Shown piece after piece: positions 1 through 13,303 of a stretch of DNA of 64,000 nt. The DNA comes from Lingula anatina. Taxonomy: Eukaryota > Animalia > Brachiopoda. The translations under genes were made by a program, and so were the position numbers. The notes beneath the pieces are model-generated. The model was given only the letters and a program-made list of their open reading frames with translations, did not search any database and had not been told where the DNA came from. The stretch is taken from contig CM120640.1 in the NCBI GenBank assembly GCA_051362555.1, positions 7,316,001 to 7,380,000 of the forward strand, written 5' to 3'. Position 1 is the first letter of the stretch. Every line of letters begins with the position of its first letter.

Positions 1-321
1 AATCTCTGTGCAGTCGTTGCGCACAAGTGACGCAGATCAGCGTTTGCTTGTCATTTATATATCTCCCACTCTTTCTGATTAATTGCCGCTGAGCATGAAA
101 TTACCGAAACACGTTGCCGGCCTTGCTCAAGTCTCGAGTAGCGTGCATTGAGAGCTGCCAGACAGGTATACTTAGGTAGGAAATGACGTTGTAACCGTCA
201 CGTTAATTGGAATAATTGGTTTGTTATTTCGAGTATATATCGTCAACAAGAGTTCATGAGTTGAAATTCGGTCACTGTCGTGATCACCCAGTGTGCTTTT
301 CTATGCGCGACATAATGAATT

Positions 322-576
322 CAGGGGCGGATCCAGGATTATTTGAAAGGAGGGGGGGGGGGGGGGTCCGTGGGTGCAAATCCGTCTCCCCCCCCTTTTG
401 GCGTGGGGTTCAGGGCCTGCTGAATGGCTCCGAAAATGTTGGGAAATGAGAGGGCAAAAAGTGCCATTTGGGACGGTTTAGAACTATGATTCACCTTGTC
501 AAAATTCTGATTTCAAGAGGAACCTTTTTTTCAGAAAAGGAAACCCTTGACCCCCTCCCCCCCAAATCCGCCACTG
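322..576. mobile_element. hAT-like non-autonomous element (CAGGGGCGGATCC family)
   Basis: Ends CAGGGGCGGATCC / AATCCGCCACTG. Related fragments at ~2130-2250 (reverse) and ~27460-27690 share TTGGC(G/A)TGGGGTT, and the latter shares the CCCCCAAATCCGCCACTG end. Confidence 0.65.
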
Positions 577-3500
577 GATGCAGAGATTTCGAATCGCGAG
601 TGATTAGAACGCGACTCTCTTCATCAACCTTCATAAACGGTATGTCTTTGATCATACATGTACATGCAACGAAATAAAAAACACACATTTGAATTAACCC
701 AGGGCTGTCCGTATACGACCTCTACACAAGCCGGTGGTAGAACAAGAAATGGCAGTCCCGTGAAATCAGTACAAATTATGGGTTAACAGAAAGTTTCAAT
801 GAAAATAAAAACACACACATACATAAATGAGAGAGAGAGAGAAAACATCAACAGTAAAAGTGTTGTTGCTATAAAATGGTGCCTGCTTACTCATTTACTT
901 ACATGCCAAAAAACCATATAGTATGGGGTGCTCTCTCCCTGGGAAGTTTTGTAGGAAAACATGCATCCTACTAGGTCCTAGTCCCACTCGTGGGTCCAAA
1001 GTAGATTTAGCAACCATATACGGTATAGTTTGGTCAAAGCTTTCTGTAATATTTAATTGAACTGTCCATTTAGTGAACCATTTTATGTGGTGGTATACCG
1101 GCTAATGTCGTGATCAAATGGTTACAGATAAGAACAATTCAAATTTCAGTGCACATAGATTTTGTATCAATCTAGGATCCAAAATTTTATTTTGGATCCT
1201 AGTATCAATTAATCGTTCATCCCGCCTTGTCTACTTGTCAGTGATTTTCGAAAGCAGCATCATGTTAAGCCTAGTCGTAAATTGGGTGAGATGTACAAAT
1301 GTACAGTGGTTACATATTTTATACATTTGTCATTAAATATGTACCGTTTTTGAAAATTTACCTACCAGTTAGTCCATCAGACTGTGGGTGATAATACATT
1401 GTCGTCCTCCTCCCACTAATGGTTTTACTGCAGATTTCTTCCATATAATAAGCTTATGGCGGAATTCTCTGCCGTGATAAGATACTATTACAAATGAAAT
1501 CTTATTCCAAAATACACGATATGGCATTAATACAATTCGCACGCTCTAGTCGCCGACAATGACATTCATAGACATTCATTGAGAGACCATTAAAGGATTG
1601 CGCGGTTTCCTTTCATGTAGGTCCGCCATATTTAGGTCTCGGCCTTGCTAGACCTCGGCTCTTCTCGATGTGAATGCTCTCTAAACTAGCAAAAAAAAAA
1701 AATCCATTCAAATATCGTTTTTCGGGTAATATTAAACAATGCCTTGTGGGAATTTTCTTAATTATACTGTTTGAAACTATATGCTGGCATTTGGTTGGTT
1801 TTTGTGGCAAAAAATTGACTTTGTATCATCTTTAATAGGCCTATTTTAAATAAGCACACGTTACTGCAAGGGAGGACACCAAGCGTTAGAGCAGGCTGCT
1901 CCACGCCTTCAACAGCTCCACAAGTTTACAAGGGGAAGTGTTGAGCCTTGTAATAAACGTATGGGACCGGTGAAACTAATCACATAGCTAGAAGTGCGAC
2001 ACTTCTAAGCATGTTAAACATTTTTATTTCTTTTGAACCCCCTCCCCCTTCTACTTCTGAAAAAATCACACCATGCTCCCCTCTTGAAATTAGAACTTTG
2101 ACTAGCTGAATCATAGTTCTAAACCGTACCAAATGGCACAGTTAGCCCGCTTAAGTACCAAAAACTTTCGGGGCCCTTCACCGAGCCCCAAACCCCACGC
2201 CAAAGGGGGGGGGGGGGGGGGGTCAGCTTCGCATCCGAGGCCTGCCATTCCTAAGAAACCGGATCCAATCCTTCAAATAATCTTGGATACAAGTGTCCAA
2301 TTATTTGTACTGTCTATGCCTTTGCCACATACTGCTAATTATTTGCCGTCTCCGTAATTATTTTGTTCATAAAGTGATGACTATAGTATTTATTGTCTCT
2401 ATGGGGTATGTGGTGATTGTATGAAATTCGTTAAAAAAATGATCGTTATGATAGACTAGTTTGGCAGCCTAAAGTCGTTTCAGGTTAATTTAACCGGTTT
2501 TTATTAACCGATCTAGGCGACAGTAGGGCCTACTTCCTTGGCCACCTCGGCTGATCACTTCACACACACACAAAAAAAAGAAAAATATAGGTACTGTACA
2601 AAGGAGTAGGCCTATGTTTATCGATCCTTTGGCAGTGCCATAATGATTTTATTTATGCATGATGATTTAAAGAATTAATGTAAAGCAAAATAACATAGAC
2701 TATAAGCGTGAGTGAAGTATCTTTAATCATATTAATTCATGTGTAATTCACTGTAATTAGTGACCATTGCAGAATACCAAAGAAATTCCACTGGAGTAGG
2801 CCCTAGCTTATAGCGATCCATTGTTACTCAAATGGTGCTGAATTAAGAATAAAGGAAGAAAGTGTGCTAAAAGAATGTATCAAAACAAAATGGAGACCGG
2901 AGAATAAATAGGAATGATCTGCTCAAAATATATAGTTAGCCCCCATTTAGGAAATCTTTGACCATGGTAGGCCCAATAGAGTATAGGCCTATGTGAAAAA
3001 TATGACGTGTAGGCCTACAATGGAAACTTGATCATCATTTCGGCCGGTGGTCAAAACAGATAAAGGGTAAGCCCGCTCTTAGAGTTTGTCGTTCATTACA
3101 TTGGGCCTCCGTTCTATAAGCGGTATTGTTCCATCTAAAGTAGGCCCCTACATGTAGGGCCTGTATCATCTGAGCAGTAGGCCTATCAATCTGCAGAGAA
3201 AGCAGCTTAATTTATTCAGGTGTAGCCTACTTTGTCAGTACCTCTCGTTCAGAGTTTAAGTCTATCTTACTGGATTGAATAAATGCCAAGACTTTGTTGT
3301 TATTTAGGCCCTACCTGCCGCCATTAACCCCGTGGCACGATATCCCGGAAAACAATAGGGCCTATACCAGGAACATAACACCGTGACAGCAGTACCCCCC
3401 CCCCCCCCTTTGTAACTCTTAAATTTGAATCCTAATCAAAATAAAGTTACGTGGTGACTTTGATCAATGTCTCTGCTTTTAAAATAAACTAGTTTGGGAG

Positions 3501-3999
3501 TTTAGTAACTTATTATTTTTTTTAATCTTTTTAAATAAAACTACAATTATTTTTTACCATTGACATTTGTGCTAATTTTCATCCCAGCGATAACCTCAAC
3601 TCTCATACTATTTGGAAGGTATAAGGTTTCATTGAAAAACATCTTAAAATTAGTAAATAAACTACCAAACTAATTTATATGAGGAGCGACGATATTGCTA
3701 ATAGTCACCACACAAATTAATTTAGAAAAAATATTAAATATCACAGAGTTATAGGCTATTAGTCTAGGAGAATACTGCAAAAGTTCGTGTTTATATTTAA
3801 ATGATTTCGTTACTATAGGTGCCTAGTACTTTAAGTGATACAAATTTAAGTGATACAGTACTAGAATCCAAGTGTTGTCGACACGTCACAAGTGTTGTCG
3901 ACAGCCATGCTGACGCCCCAAACAACTGCACTGAGTTTCTTTGTAGTCTTCTTACAAATGCTATAAATGCTGTTATGTCATCACACGATGAGCATTATA

Positions 4000-4360
4000 G
4001 ATATATAATGCGTGCGCACATTGGCGTACCACGTGACACAAACGAAGACTAGAGCAGGGAACGCATGGTAGCAAGCGGTGCACGAAAGGTATGTTTTGCA
4101 TTTATCTTAGAGTAAAACCAGGAACTAAAGCAGCCATAGTATATCTTACTAAATTCCAGGATAAATTTATTGTTTTGTATGGATTAAAAGTAGAGATGTA
4201 CCCTTGCTCCTGGAATGCAAAAACCAACTCTTGCCGCCATTTTTCATGCAAATGTTGGGCTCCAAATGTTTGTGTGGTCCCCTAGGTAGTCGTTGCGGGA
4301 AAGGTCAAACATCGAGCATTTGTGTGAAGACTTAACGTGTTTATTTATCTCCAAAGGTTA
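4000..4360 (+). promoter_or_regulatory. candidate piwi promoter and non-coding first exon(s)
   Basis: TATATAA 4002-4008; CCACGTGAC E-box at 4029; donor AAG|GTATGT at 4088/4089; YY1-type GCCGCCATTTT 4233-4243; further donors at 4285 and 4356. CpG frequency drops sharply after ~4350. Confidence 0.5.
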
Positions 4361-6107
4361 ATGCATTTATAAGCAAATTTTTACTTGGTTTATAAGTAAA
4401 CAAATTGTACCAAATTTTGGAAAATTACACTTGTGATGTTTCAGCACCCCCTCCGCCCAGTAATACATTAATTTTCACTATTATCCTAAATCCATTTATG
4501 AAGTTTGATCAATGTCTTTGCTATTTAGAGAAGTCTGAAAATTTCCTAAGTAAGCAATGTCTTAGAAGAAAATTTAAGCCTTTTTAGAAAAGAATTGAGG
4601 TCATTCAGCGGTGAAAGTTAAACCAAAAGGTTATTAAAACCTGACAATAATATTTACATTTTCAAGTCATCACTTAAAATAAACAAATAAAAAGCAACAT
4701 TGAAAATCACAGACTTATATGAGTTGTGTGTTGGGGGGGGGGGGGGGGGGGGACTGCAAATAAATTCCTAAGCAACTATACAGAAGTTATATAAAAGTTG
4801 TATGGTAATTTCTTTTTGAATGACTTATGTTAGTGATAAATATCTGTTAGGAAGTGATTTAAAAACAACCAAATGCTCAGAATAGAATGAGGAAGAATTG
4901 GGTCTGCCCTGAATCCACAAAGAAGGATGCTGGTATTAAGACTGAATAGATTGGCGTTTATGTATAGATGGTTTATACTCGGGTCATTTTCTTTAAAATG
5001 GTAGGACCAATAACTGATTAAAAGATGTCATTACTGCAGATTGTCTCAGATGGGATGGATATCAAAGCTGTGGAAGTATTGCTCTCTGACTGTTATACTA
5101 TACACTAATATTTGCATCTCATCCCATCTGCATCATTATTTTTAGGCTCCAGCATGGCATACCAAAGGCTGATTGTCTGCCCTAGCAGAGGTTAATTGCA
5201 GGCCTTGCTTAAATGATTACTTTTTAACTGACAAAAAGGCATGGTCAAAGAGTTACTGAGATAAAATCTTAGTCTGGCTGTGATGTATCATGTCTAGAGA
5301 TAGATCCAAGACGATACTATAGTTAGTTACCTCAGTGAATTTAATTACAGTGCTTTTATATACAGAAGAGGGCATGATCAAATATTTTCACATGTAATTA
5401 GTGAAGACATGCTGGGTTGTATCATGATGTGTGGAGACAGAAATGTGATGGTTCTATAGACCTGTTTATCTTATTGAAAATAAGTATTCTTGGTGACTAT
5501 TTAAATGTTGGTAGGTTGAAAGGTACATCATCTCATACAAATTTCGTCAGTTTTCAAAAACCATTGGTTACCCATCAAGTGGAGTTAAAGTGAACTAGCT
5601 AGACCTTAAACTCTAGTGCAACTGTTTATTCCAGCAGAAGGTAAGTCTAAATTTGCGCCATGACACAGAGATTGCAATTTGCAATTAAATACCTGTAGAT
5701 AGAGTAATATACAGTCTTAATGAACACAAGTTTTGGTTTTGAGCCCATACAAATTGATGGGAGTCAGCTGTTGCTGTGTTACATAATTTTTAGCTATAAA
5801 AACTGGATCTAAAAGTGGGGAAGGCAGCTGACCTCATCATTCTTTCACTAAGGGAAGGACATGCTTCAGTGGTGGGTAAAGTTAAAATATCCTGCTAGCC
5901 TAGTACAGTATCAGAACAAGGGATTCATCATTAGATCAGTTCAGTCTAATGTAGTATATTTCAGATTTATTTCTAAATGATAAAGCAACACTTAAATGCA
6001 TTTGATTCTAAAATGCACACATTTTCTAATTTGCCATTGAACCTGATTGGGTGTTTTTCCTCAGAGGCCTGTTCTTCAATTTCTTATACACTTGTTAAGG
6101 CCCTTAA

Positions 6108-6602
6108 GGCTGCCTTCACATGAAAAATCTAAATTCTAAAAACCTTAAAATCCATTGGCGCTATCTAGTGATCACGGTCTGTGCCTTGAATGCCCCGCGT
6201 GGTAATTAACTAGCAGAGCGAGCGAGTTACTTCCAAAGCTGTAATTAAATCTCGGTTGCGCTCGGAAGGAAATTCTGATACCTGGAGGCATGCGTCGAAA
6301 GAAAGAAAATGACATTCGCGGTTTTGTGCAACAACAAGACGGAGAAAAGTTAGGTCCATTTACACACAACAGATATGAGTGCAAACTGACAAATTCCACA
6401 GTTTAGAGATACAACTACGCATGCGTCCAGGCGTCATAATCTCCTCTGAGGGCAGCTGAGAATGCATTACAGCTTTGGAAACTACTCGCTCGTGCTGCTA
6501 GTTAATTACGGCGCAGTGTATTCAGGGCACAGACCATGATCACTAGATACCGCCAATGGATTTTTAGGTTTTAGAATTTAGATTTTTCATGTAAACGCAG
6601 CC
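6108..6602. mobile_element. PIF/Harbinger (Tourist-like) MITE
   Basis: ~140-bp inverted arms GGCTGCCTTCACATGAAAAATCTAAATTC...GAATTTAGATTTTTCATGTAAACGCAGCC; TAA target duplication. Confidence 0.85.
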
Positions 6603-7131
6603 TAATATCAGAGGATAATAAAAGGCAGTCATGTTAACTTTTCTTATGCCAAAGATAACAGATGCTAGTATTTTTAAACGTGGTTGAAAGACTCCTGTGA
6701 GATTTCTCAACTCTTATGTAACCATCCAGTTCCTAAACAAGCATGCACAGCTGTCGCTGTTGATAATTGCTGGGTTGGGTGGTCTGACTCCATGCTTGAC
6801 CAAATCTTGATAGCTATAAGTTGAGGACTACCAGTTCAGTTTCAAATTCATAATTGAAATTCCTGCTCAATCTTATTATTAGCAAGGCAACTGACCAAAA
6901 TTCAATCTGCACCCTATATCCTATCCTTCAAAGTCTTATGAAAACAACTTGCATATGTCATAAAAAAAAAAAAGACTGTTTACAAGTCGAGAGAAGTGGC
7001 AGATGTAGAGATTTGGCTTAGGAATTTTTGTGTCCAAATTAAATTGAAAACTTTGTGTGCTCATTAGAAAAATGTTACAATGGAAATTATATGGGCTGAC
7101 CACCTAGTTACACGGTGGCTAATGGTAGAAC

Positions 7132-10100
7132 TAGTAGGCTTGTTAAGAGGTCAAACGCTGCATTTTATAGTACAAATGTCTAACTTGGCATAAATGTTCC
7201 TTGGGCCAAAAGAAAATTTTTTATCCAAAGAGACGCCCTCTATCGATACATTAATTAGCATTAATTATGCAAAATAGGTGCCAAAATATATAATATTTCA
7301 TATTTCCATTAATTTTTGGCCTAGAAACATTTATAGATTATCAAACCTGACTAAATTAGGGACAAGGAACCCATTTTTGATCATTTGGAAGCAATTGGTG
7401 TCCATTTTGTGCCTCAAATCCAAGATGGCCGCCACCCGCGATTTTGAAAGTGGACATAATTTTGCTATTTTATGTTGAATTTTGAAGCGTTTGGTCTATA
7501 TATATTTGATATAAATATCGATTCCTACTATTTTGGGTGTGAAAAAGTCATTTTTGATATTGTTTTGGTGATAGTAGGTGATTTGAATGGACAAAGAGGG
7601 TGTTTTAAGTGCCTACCACATATGTGTGAACACTGCAAAACCATGGATGTTGATAACCCGTATTCAAATATATCTCAATGCAATTTTTTGTTATATACCA
7701 TTGCTATTGGACTATATTATGAGCAAAAAAAAAACACACTGTTACCATTGTGGAGGCCATTGGTGGCCGTTTTATCCCTCAAATCCAAGATGGCCACCAA
7801 AACCATTTTGAACATGAGCATAATTCGCTATTTTGGAACTACATGTACTACATCTTTGTAAATGAGTAATACGTCGTTTTATATTATTTTCTGGTGCAGA
7901 ATACAATATTTGTTTCTTAAAATTTGTGCCTCAAATCCAAGATGGCCCAAATACGCTATTTTCAAATTGAACATTATTCACCATTTTGAAACTATCACAC
8001 CTTCATAAGCGTGCCATACGTCATTTTTGATTATTTCCTGGAGCAGAATGCATTTTCGGTTTCATAAAATGTAAATAGAAACTTTTATAAGCCTCCAAAT
8101 AAATATAGGATTCAGTTGCTACATGGACCTGCAGTTTATATGTACAATGAGTAATCCAATTAGTACAAAAATGCTTTTGCCGAACTATAAAACAAGTGTC
8201 AGCAAACAGAATGGCTGAATTAAAGCAAAAGAATACATCTTTGACCGCATGAGGAAAATTGTTAGCCATTATTTTTATCAAAACCAAGTGATGGTTGCTT
8301 GCCGCTATTTTAATAATTTGGTGTTATTTATAATCTTTGAACTGTGGGACCCTCATTCGCTTGTATTAGGTAAAATGGCACTATTCTTGGGGCTCAAAAG
8401 TAATTTTCCAGTGCTAATTTGGTGACAGAAGATAATAAAAAGGTAATATAAGGTTGTAAAATAAATTCCAAGATGAGTTTTGTTGAGTCTGTTACAAAAA
8501 TGTGGAACCCAAACCACATGCTCAAATATATCATCTAGATTTATCTTAAGTTACCATCCACTAAAAGATACTGAATACTCAAAGGAAAGCAATAAATATA
8601 TATACATAGTGGTATTATATTATTAATCTTTTACTGGTCAATGTGAACCAAAAAGCCACATGCACATTTATGTCCCAGTCACTGGGGCTTGCATTCGCAC
8701 GTTAAATATAGCCCAGAAGATTTGAAGGGTGAAAAATGTGTCGTCTTATAATACTATGGAACTTGGTTAGTTGTGTTGATGCGTAAATGTCCGTGAAAGA
8801 CAAGCAAATGGACTTTGCTTTGAAATAGCTCTAGATCTTGTCTGCAAAATCATCCAGCAGCACAGCAAAAATAAACATGCATGATCAGCTCTGGTAGGCC
8901 AATAAGACATCAGCTAGTAAGAATTGAGGTTTTGTCAGTGTCCTATGAGAAACAGCCAAACAATATATTAGAATCCAGTTTCCAGAGAAACATTAATGCA
9001 TGAGAACATGTCGCATCAGAGGAAAGTGGTATCTTTACACAAAAGAACGAATCTGCAAAACCAACTAGAAAGCAGCAGCTGCGCAGGAAGGTAAGAGGGA
9101 TAAAGCAAAGAAGTCGAGGAAGCAGCCTCTTTTCCTAGTTGACAGTGCCAGTGATCATTCCTAGCATGATTTGGCCAGACAAGTCATCTCACTACCAATA
9201 AAAATCCATAAGGCGACTACATAGTTCTCATTGTTTCCAATGGACGAACAAGCACAAAACATCTACAGTATTTGACAACTACAGGAATATTCATCTTGGA
9301 ATCATCTTAAAACACCTTATGCTTTTTTTATTATCCTCTGTCACCAGAGTAACACCAGAAATTAATTATGTACTTCCAAAATAGTAACAATTGATGTATT
9401 ACGATCATATGTAAGTCCAACAGCTCAAAAAAGGTAAATTATGCCATAATTTTAAAATAGAGACAGGCTCTTGGATATGAACAACAGAATAGCTAAAAGT
9501 AGTCACCATAACGTTGAATCCACTGTGCTGGTCTCTTGCACTTAATCTATGTCCGGCAAAACCATTTTAAAATTGTTATATAACATATTTTTGCACAAAT
9601 TTGACTTCAAGACGTATACAAGCGAAGGTGAAGACGTAAGCCTGTATTGGTGTTGGAGCCTTTTAATATTTTCTTTTTGTATTATATCTCAGAAGAGATA
9701 AGACACATGACTTCTACAACCCAAATGATAAGAAACGATGTATAACATGCTAGTGTAAGAGCAATAGCCACAAATTGATGAGTTATGCCTTATCCGTATT
9801 TCAAAATTGTGACTGGCGGCCATTTTGGATTTGAGGATCAAAATGGCTTCCAATTGTCTCCAAAGCACCAAGTATGTGTTCTTTACCTTTAATTAAGCCA
9901 TTTTGGTCTCTTACACTTGTTTCAAGCTCTTTATGATTTTATAAAACATTTTGTACTAATTAGACTACATGGCACATGTAAGTCTATTTGACGACTTAAG
10001 CCTACATGCATATTCGTTTTGGAGAATAAAATAGTTTGTACTCACATTTTATGAAACAGATAATGTATTCTGCACCAGAAAATAATATAAAACGACGTAT

Positions 10101-10859
10101 TACTCATTTACAAAGATGTAATACATATAGTTTCAAAATAGCGAATTATGCTCAAGTTCAAAATGGTTTTTGGCGGCCATCTTGGATTTGAGGGATAAAA
10201 CGGCCACCAATAGCCTCCATAATGATAAAAAATTGTTTTTTTTTTTTTTTTTTTTGCTCATAATATAGTCCAGTAGCGATGGTATATAACAAAAAATCGC
10301 ATTGAGATGTATTTGAATACGGGTTATCAATATCCATGGTTTTGCAGCGTTCACACATATCTTGGTAGGCACTTAAAACACCCTCTTTGTCCATTCAAAT
10401 CACCTACTATCACCAAAACAATATCAAAAATGACTTTTTCACCCCCAAAATAGTAGGAATCGATATATATATCAAGTATATATAGACCAAACGCTTCAAA
10501 ATTCAACATAAAATAGCAAAATTATGTCCACTTTCAAAATGGCGGGTGGCGGCCATCTTGGATTTGAAGCACAAAATGGCCACCAATTGCTTCCAAATGA
10601 TCAAAAATGGGTTCCTTGTCCCTAATTTAGTCAGGTTTGATAATCTATACATGTTTCTAGGCCAAAAATTAATGGAAATATGAAATGTTATATATTTTGG
10701 CACCTAATTTGCATAATTTATGCTAATTAATGTATCGATAGAGGGCGTCTCTTTGGATAAAAAATTTTCTTTTGGCCCAAGGAACATTTATGCCAAGTTA
10801 GACATTTGTACTACAAAATGCAGCGTTTGGCCATTTTTTGGTTCTTAACAAGCCTACTA
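7132..10859. mobile_element. 3.7-kb non-autonomous foldback DNA transposon with ~790-bp TIRs, tentatively Academ-like
   Basis: 7132-~7924 is the near-identical reverse complement of ~10046-10859. Termini TAGTAGGCTTGTTAAGA...TCTTAACAAGCCTACTA; 3-bp direct repeat AAC on both flanks (7129-7131, 10860-10862); repeated TCCAAGATGGC motifs; no intact ORF. The superfamily call rests only on TAG termini, the 3-bp TSD and long TIRs. Confidence 0.85.
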
Positions 10860-11439
10860 AACACTTGTAGATTAAATTTTGAAAAAATGAGTGTTTATAA
10901 AATGCAAGTATTCTGAAAATACACAGAGTGGGTTAAAGCATTCAGAAAAAGAATGTCCAGCCATGTAAGCCGATCACTGATGAGAGAGAGAGAGAGAGAG
11001 AGAACTTTAAGAAGTGTAAGCTGTTGATGAAATAAAGTTTTTTCCCCACCAGTCTGTGTTCTTATGACTCTTGCTGAAGCAACTTGCATATAATATCGGG
11101 CTAAAAGACATCTTTTTCTACATATCCCCCTGTCGCCTGATACATGCAATATGAATCAATTCATTGTTCAGCAAAGTTTGGGAATCATTTGTTGCTAAAA
11201 GGATTGGGGGATTCAAATAAATAGCATGGCTGCTGGCCCGTATCTGAGAAAGGAATATAAAAACACAACTCTCATGTTCTTGGACCATTGCTCTTTGCCA
11301 TCATGAAAACTTCAAAATGACAAGTATGCAGCTGTAACAACTGTGTATAACATATACAATGTCAAGGGTCCATGGTCACCATGTATCCAAGGAAATACTT
11401 CATTGGACACGGAATAATACCAAAGGTTAATGACTCTAA

Positions 11440-11651
11440 GGGCATATTCCCAGAGCTTTTAGATTGATCTATCCCCGCGGGGAGTCTCACTAGATTGTCT
11501 GATAATCCGGCTTAAATGTCCGTCCCGCCTACTACAAGCTATAAAGGGGTAATTAACTTTCGTGCCCGCTTGGCTGACAGCTATCTAGCGAGAACCCCCA
11601 GGGAGTTAGGTCGATCTAAAGTAGATCTATCTAATTTCTGGGAATGGGGTC
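11440..11651. mobile_element. palindromic Harbinger-type MITE (family A)
   Basis: Ends GGGCATATTCCCAGA / TCTGGGAATGGGGTC, TAA on both flanks; internal GATCGATCT and GCGAGAA motifs shared with the copies at 26012, 43782 and 45481. Confidence 0.7.
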
Positions 11652-12424
11652 TAAAACTAACAGCATGACCATATTTTACCCAAAACCAAAGTACTAAGTA
11701 ATGCACTGCCCACAAGCCTGAGGCATGCTGATGTGTATATATCTGGCAAGGTGGTACCCTCTACCAGAGTGGCAATTGTTATTGTGGACATTTTTGGCTG
11801 AAGTGACCCTGTTATGTTTGGTCAGAAGGAAACGATTAAATCTGCCCGCGCGCAGATAGCATTGTACCTGCTCTGCAGGAGCTTCGTTTTGCGTAGAGGT
11901 GATATCTGCTCGCTATGCAACCTGTCATAGGCTCTGCTGTCTGCTGAAACTAGTCACGTGGTTGGAAGGGGTTCCCTGACTTTGTGCACAAGCCGTATCC
12001 CACAATTCCATACTGCAGTTTAAAAACATGTCAGGTGTTTCCTCTGATAAGAATGAGAAAATTGAAAGAAAAGATGTTCTAACAATAAATTCCTGGAGGT
12101 ATTGTCTTTTTGAAACAATGATTTAGACTCAGCTTGTCTTTAATAGACTTGTTTCGGACTCCTTGAAAATCGTCTATCGCAGTTATGATATGCTATCACA
12201 GTTATGATATGCTTTAGGTGTTCGCAGGTAGTAGGATTACCAAGTGCAGCATCAACTTTCTACATACGGTCGTGGTAAAACCTTAGTTTAATTTCATAAT
12301 ATCATTTCCAGTGGTGCATTGACTCTTTCTTTTACTACAGGGGGTTTCTCAACCTCACTCTGAAGTAAAAAGCTATTCATAAGGGGCTACTATTAACTGT
12401 CTTGATTGCTGTCAAGCGGACTTA

Positions 12425-12969
12425 TACTCCATTCACACTACGCTCAGTTATCCGGATAAGTTGCGAATTAGGTCACAATTCGAATAAATGCAGTAGTGTG
12501 AACGCAAAAGGATTTCTGTAATGCGTATTTTCAAAATCCTGCAAGCGAGGTGGATTTCTCAGCGCGATCCGAATAACCTACCAGAATCGAGACCTGTACA
12601 GATCTTACTGCGCATGTGTGCAGATAAGTGCGGATATCTATGAACGCTTGTTTATTACTTAAGCGATTGCACCAAACGTATTTGGAGGTCACCACTCACT
12701 ACAACATGAGGAAACAAACTTATTTTGCCATCTTATGCTTCCCAAGAATGCTTTTTGAGATACATTTGCCGTCACACTTTTTTGTTGGTATTTTGAGTTT
12801 TCCTGTGCGGCGCATGCGCGAGTGTTCAAAACAGGAAGTTAAACCTGAAATTTTCAACGTGGGATTCGGTTTCGCTTCGCGAGTGTGAACGCAATAACGA
12901 ATCGGATTTCTCACAAGAAATCCGAATTATAGACATGCGCATTTTTGCAACTGTAGTGTGAATGGGGTA
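12425..12969. mobile_element. PIF/Harbinger MITE
   Basis: TIR TACTCCATTCACACTAC / GTAGTGTGAATGGGGTA; TTA duplication; internal GTGTGAACGC repeats. Confidence 0.8.
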
Positions 12970-13188
12970 TTAGACTGGACCTGCCAAGTGGCAGTGCCTG
13001 AGTAGTCGTGCAAACAATTACCAGCCATGTAATCAACCTTGAGATTCCATTACAGGGTGACATCAGACCAAAATGACTGTATTTATCTAGACATATCTGT
13101 GAATATCTCTGGAAAATCAATCTATCGCCCTGGTAGAGCGTAGCTAGGTGGTAGCTGTGCATTATTTGTCATACTTTAAAAGGGTTAT

Positions 13189-13303
13189 CAGGCCCATAGC
13201 CAGCAATTTCAAAAGGGGGGTTCTTTTTCTGAAAAGGTGGACCTTTTCCCACAAAAAGGGGCGATTCTTTCGAACCCCCCAAACCCCCCTGTCTACGGGC
13301 CTG
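13189..13303. mobile_element. short hAT-like non-autonomous element
   Basis: TIR CAGGCCCATAGCCAG / CTGTCTACGGGCCTG; TSD not clean. Confidence 0.6.

Noticed and set aside
5625-5646. Micro-exon or UTR exon ending at GAAG|GTAAGT (5640)
   Set aside because: Single splice-like motif with no supporting evidence.
8690-9240. Possible transposase remnant in the centre of the foldback
   Set aside because: No open frame or DDE motif recognisable by eye.
7278-10703. Mirror-image ORFs (7278-7478 / 10503-10703, 7472-7861 / 10133-10394)
   Set aside because: They arise from the inverted arms of the foldback element; frames differ between arms and no protein motif is recognisable.
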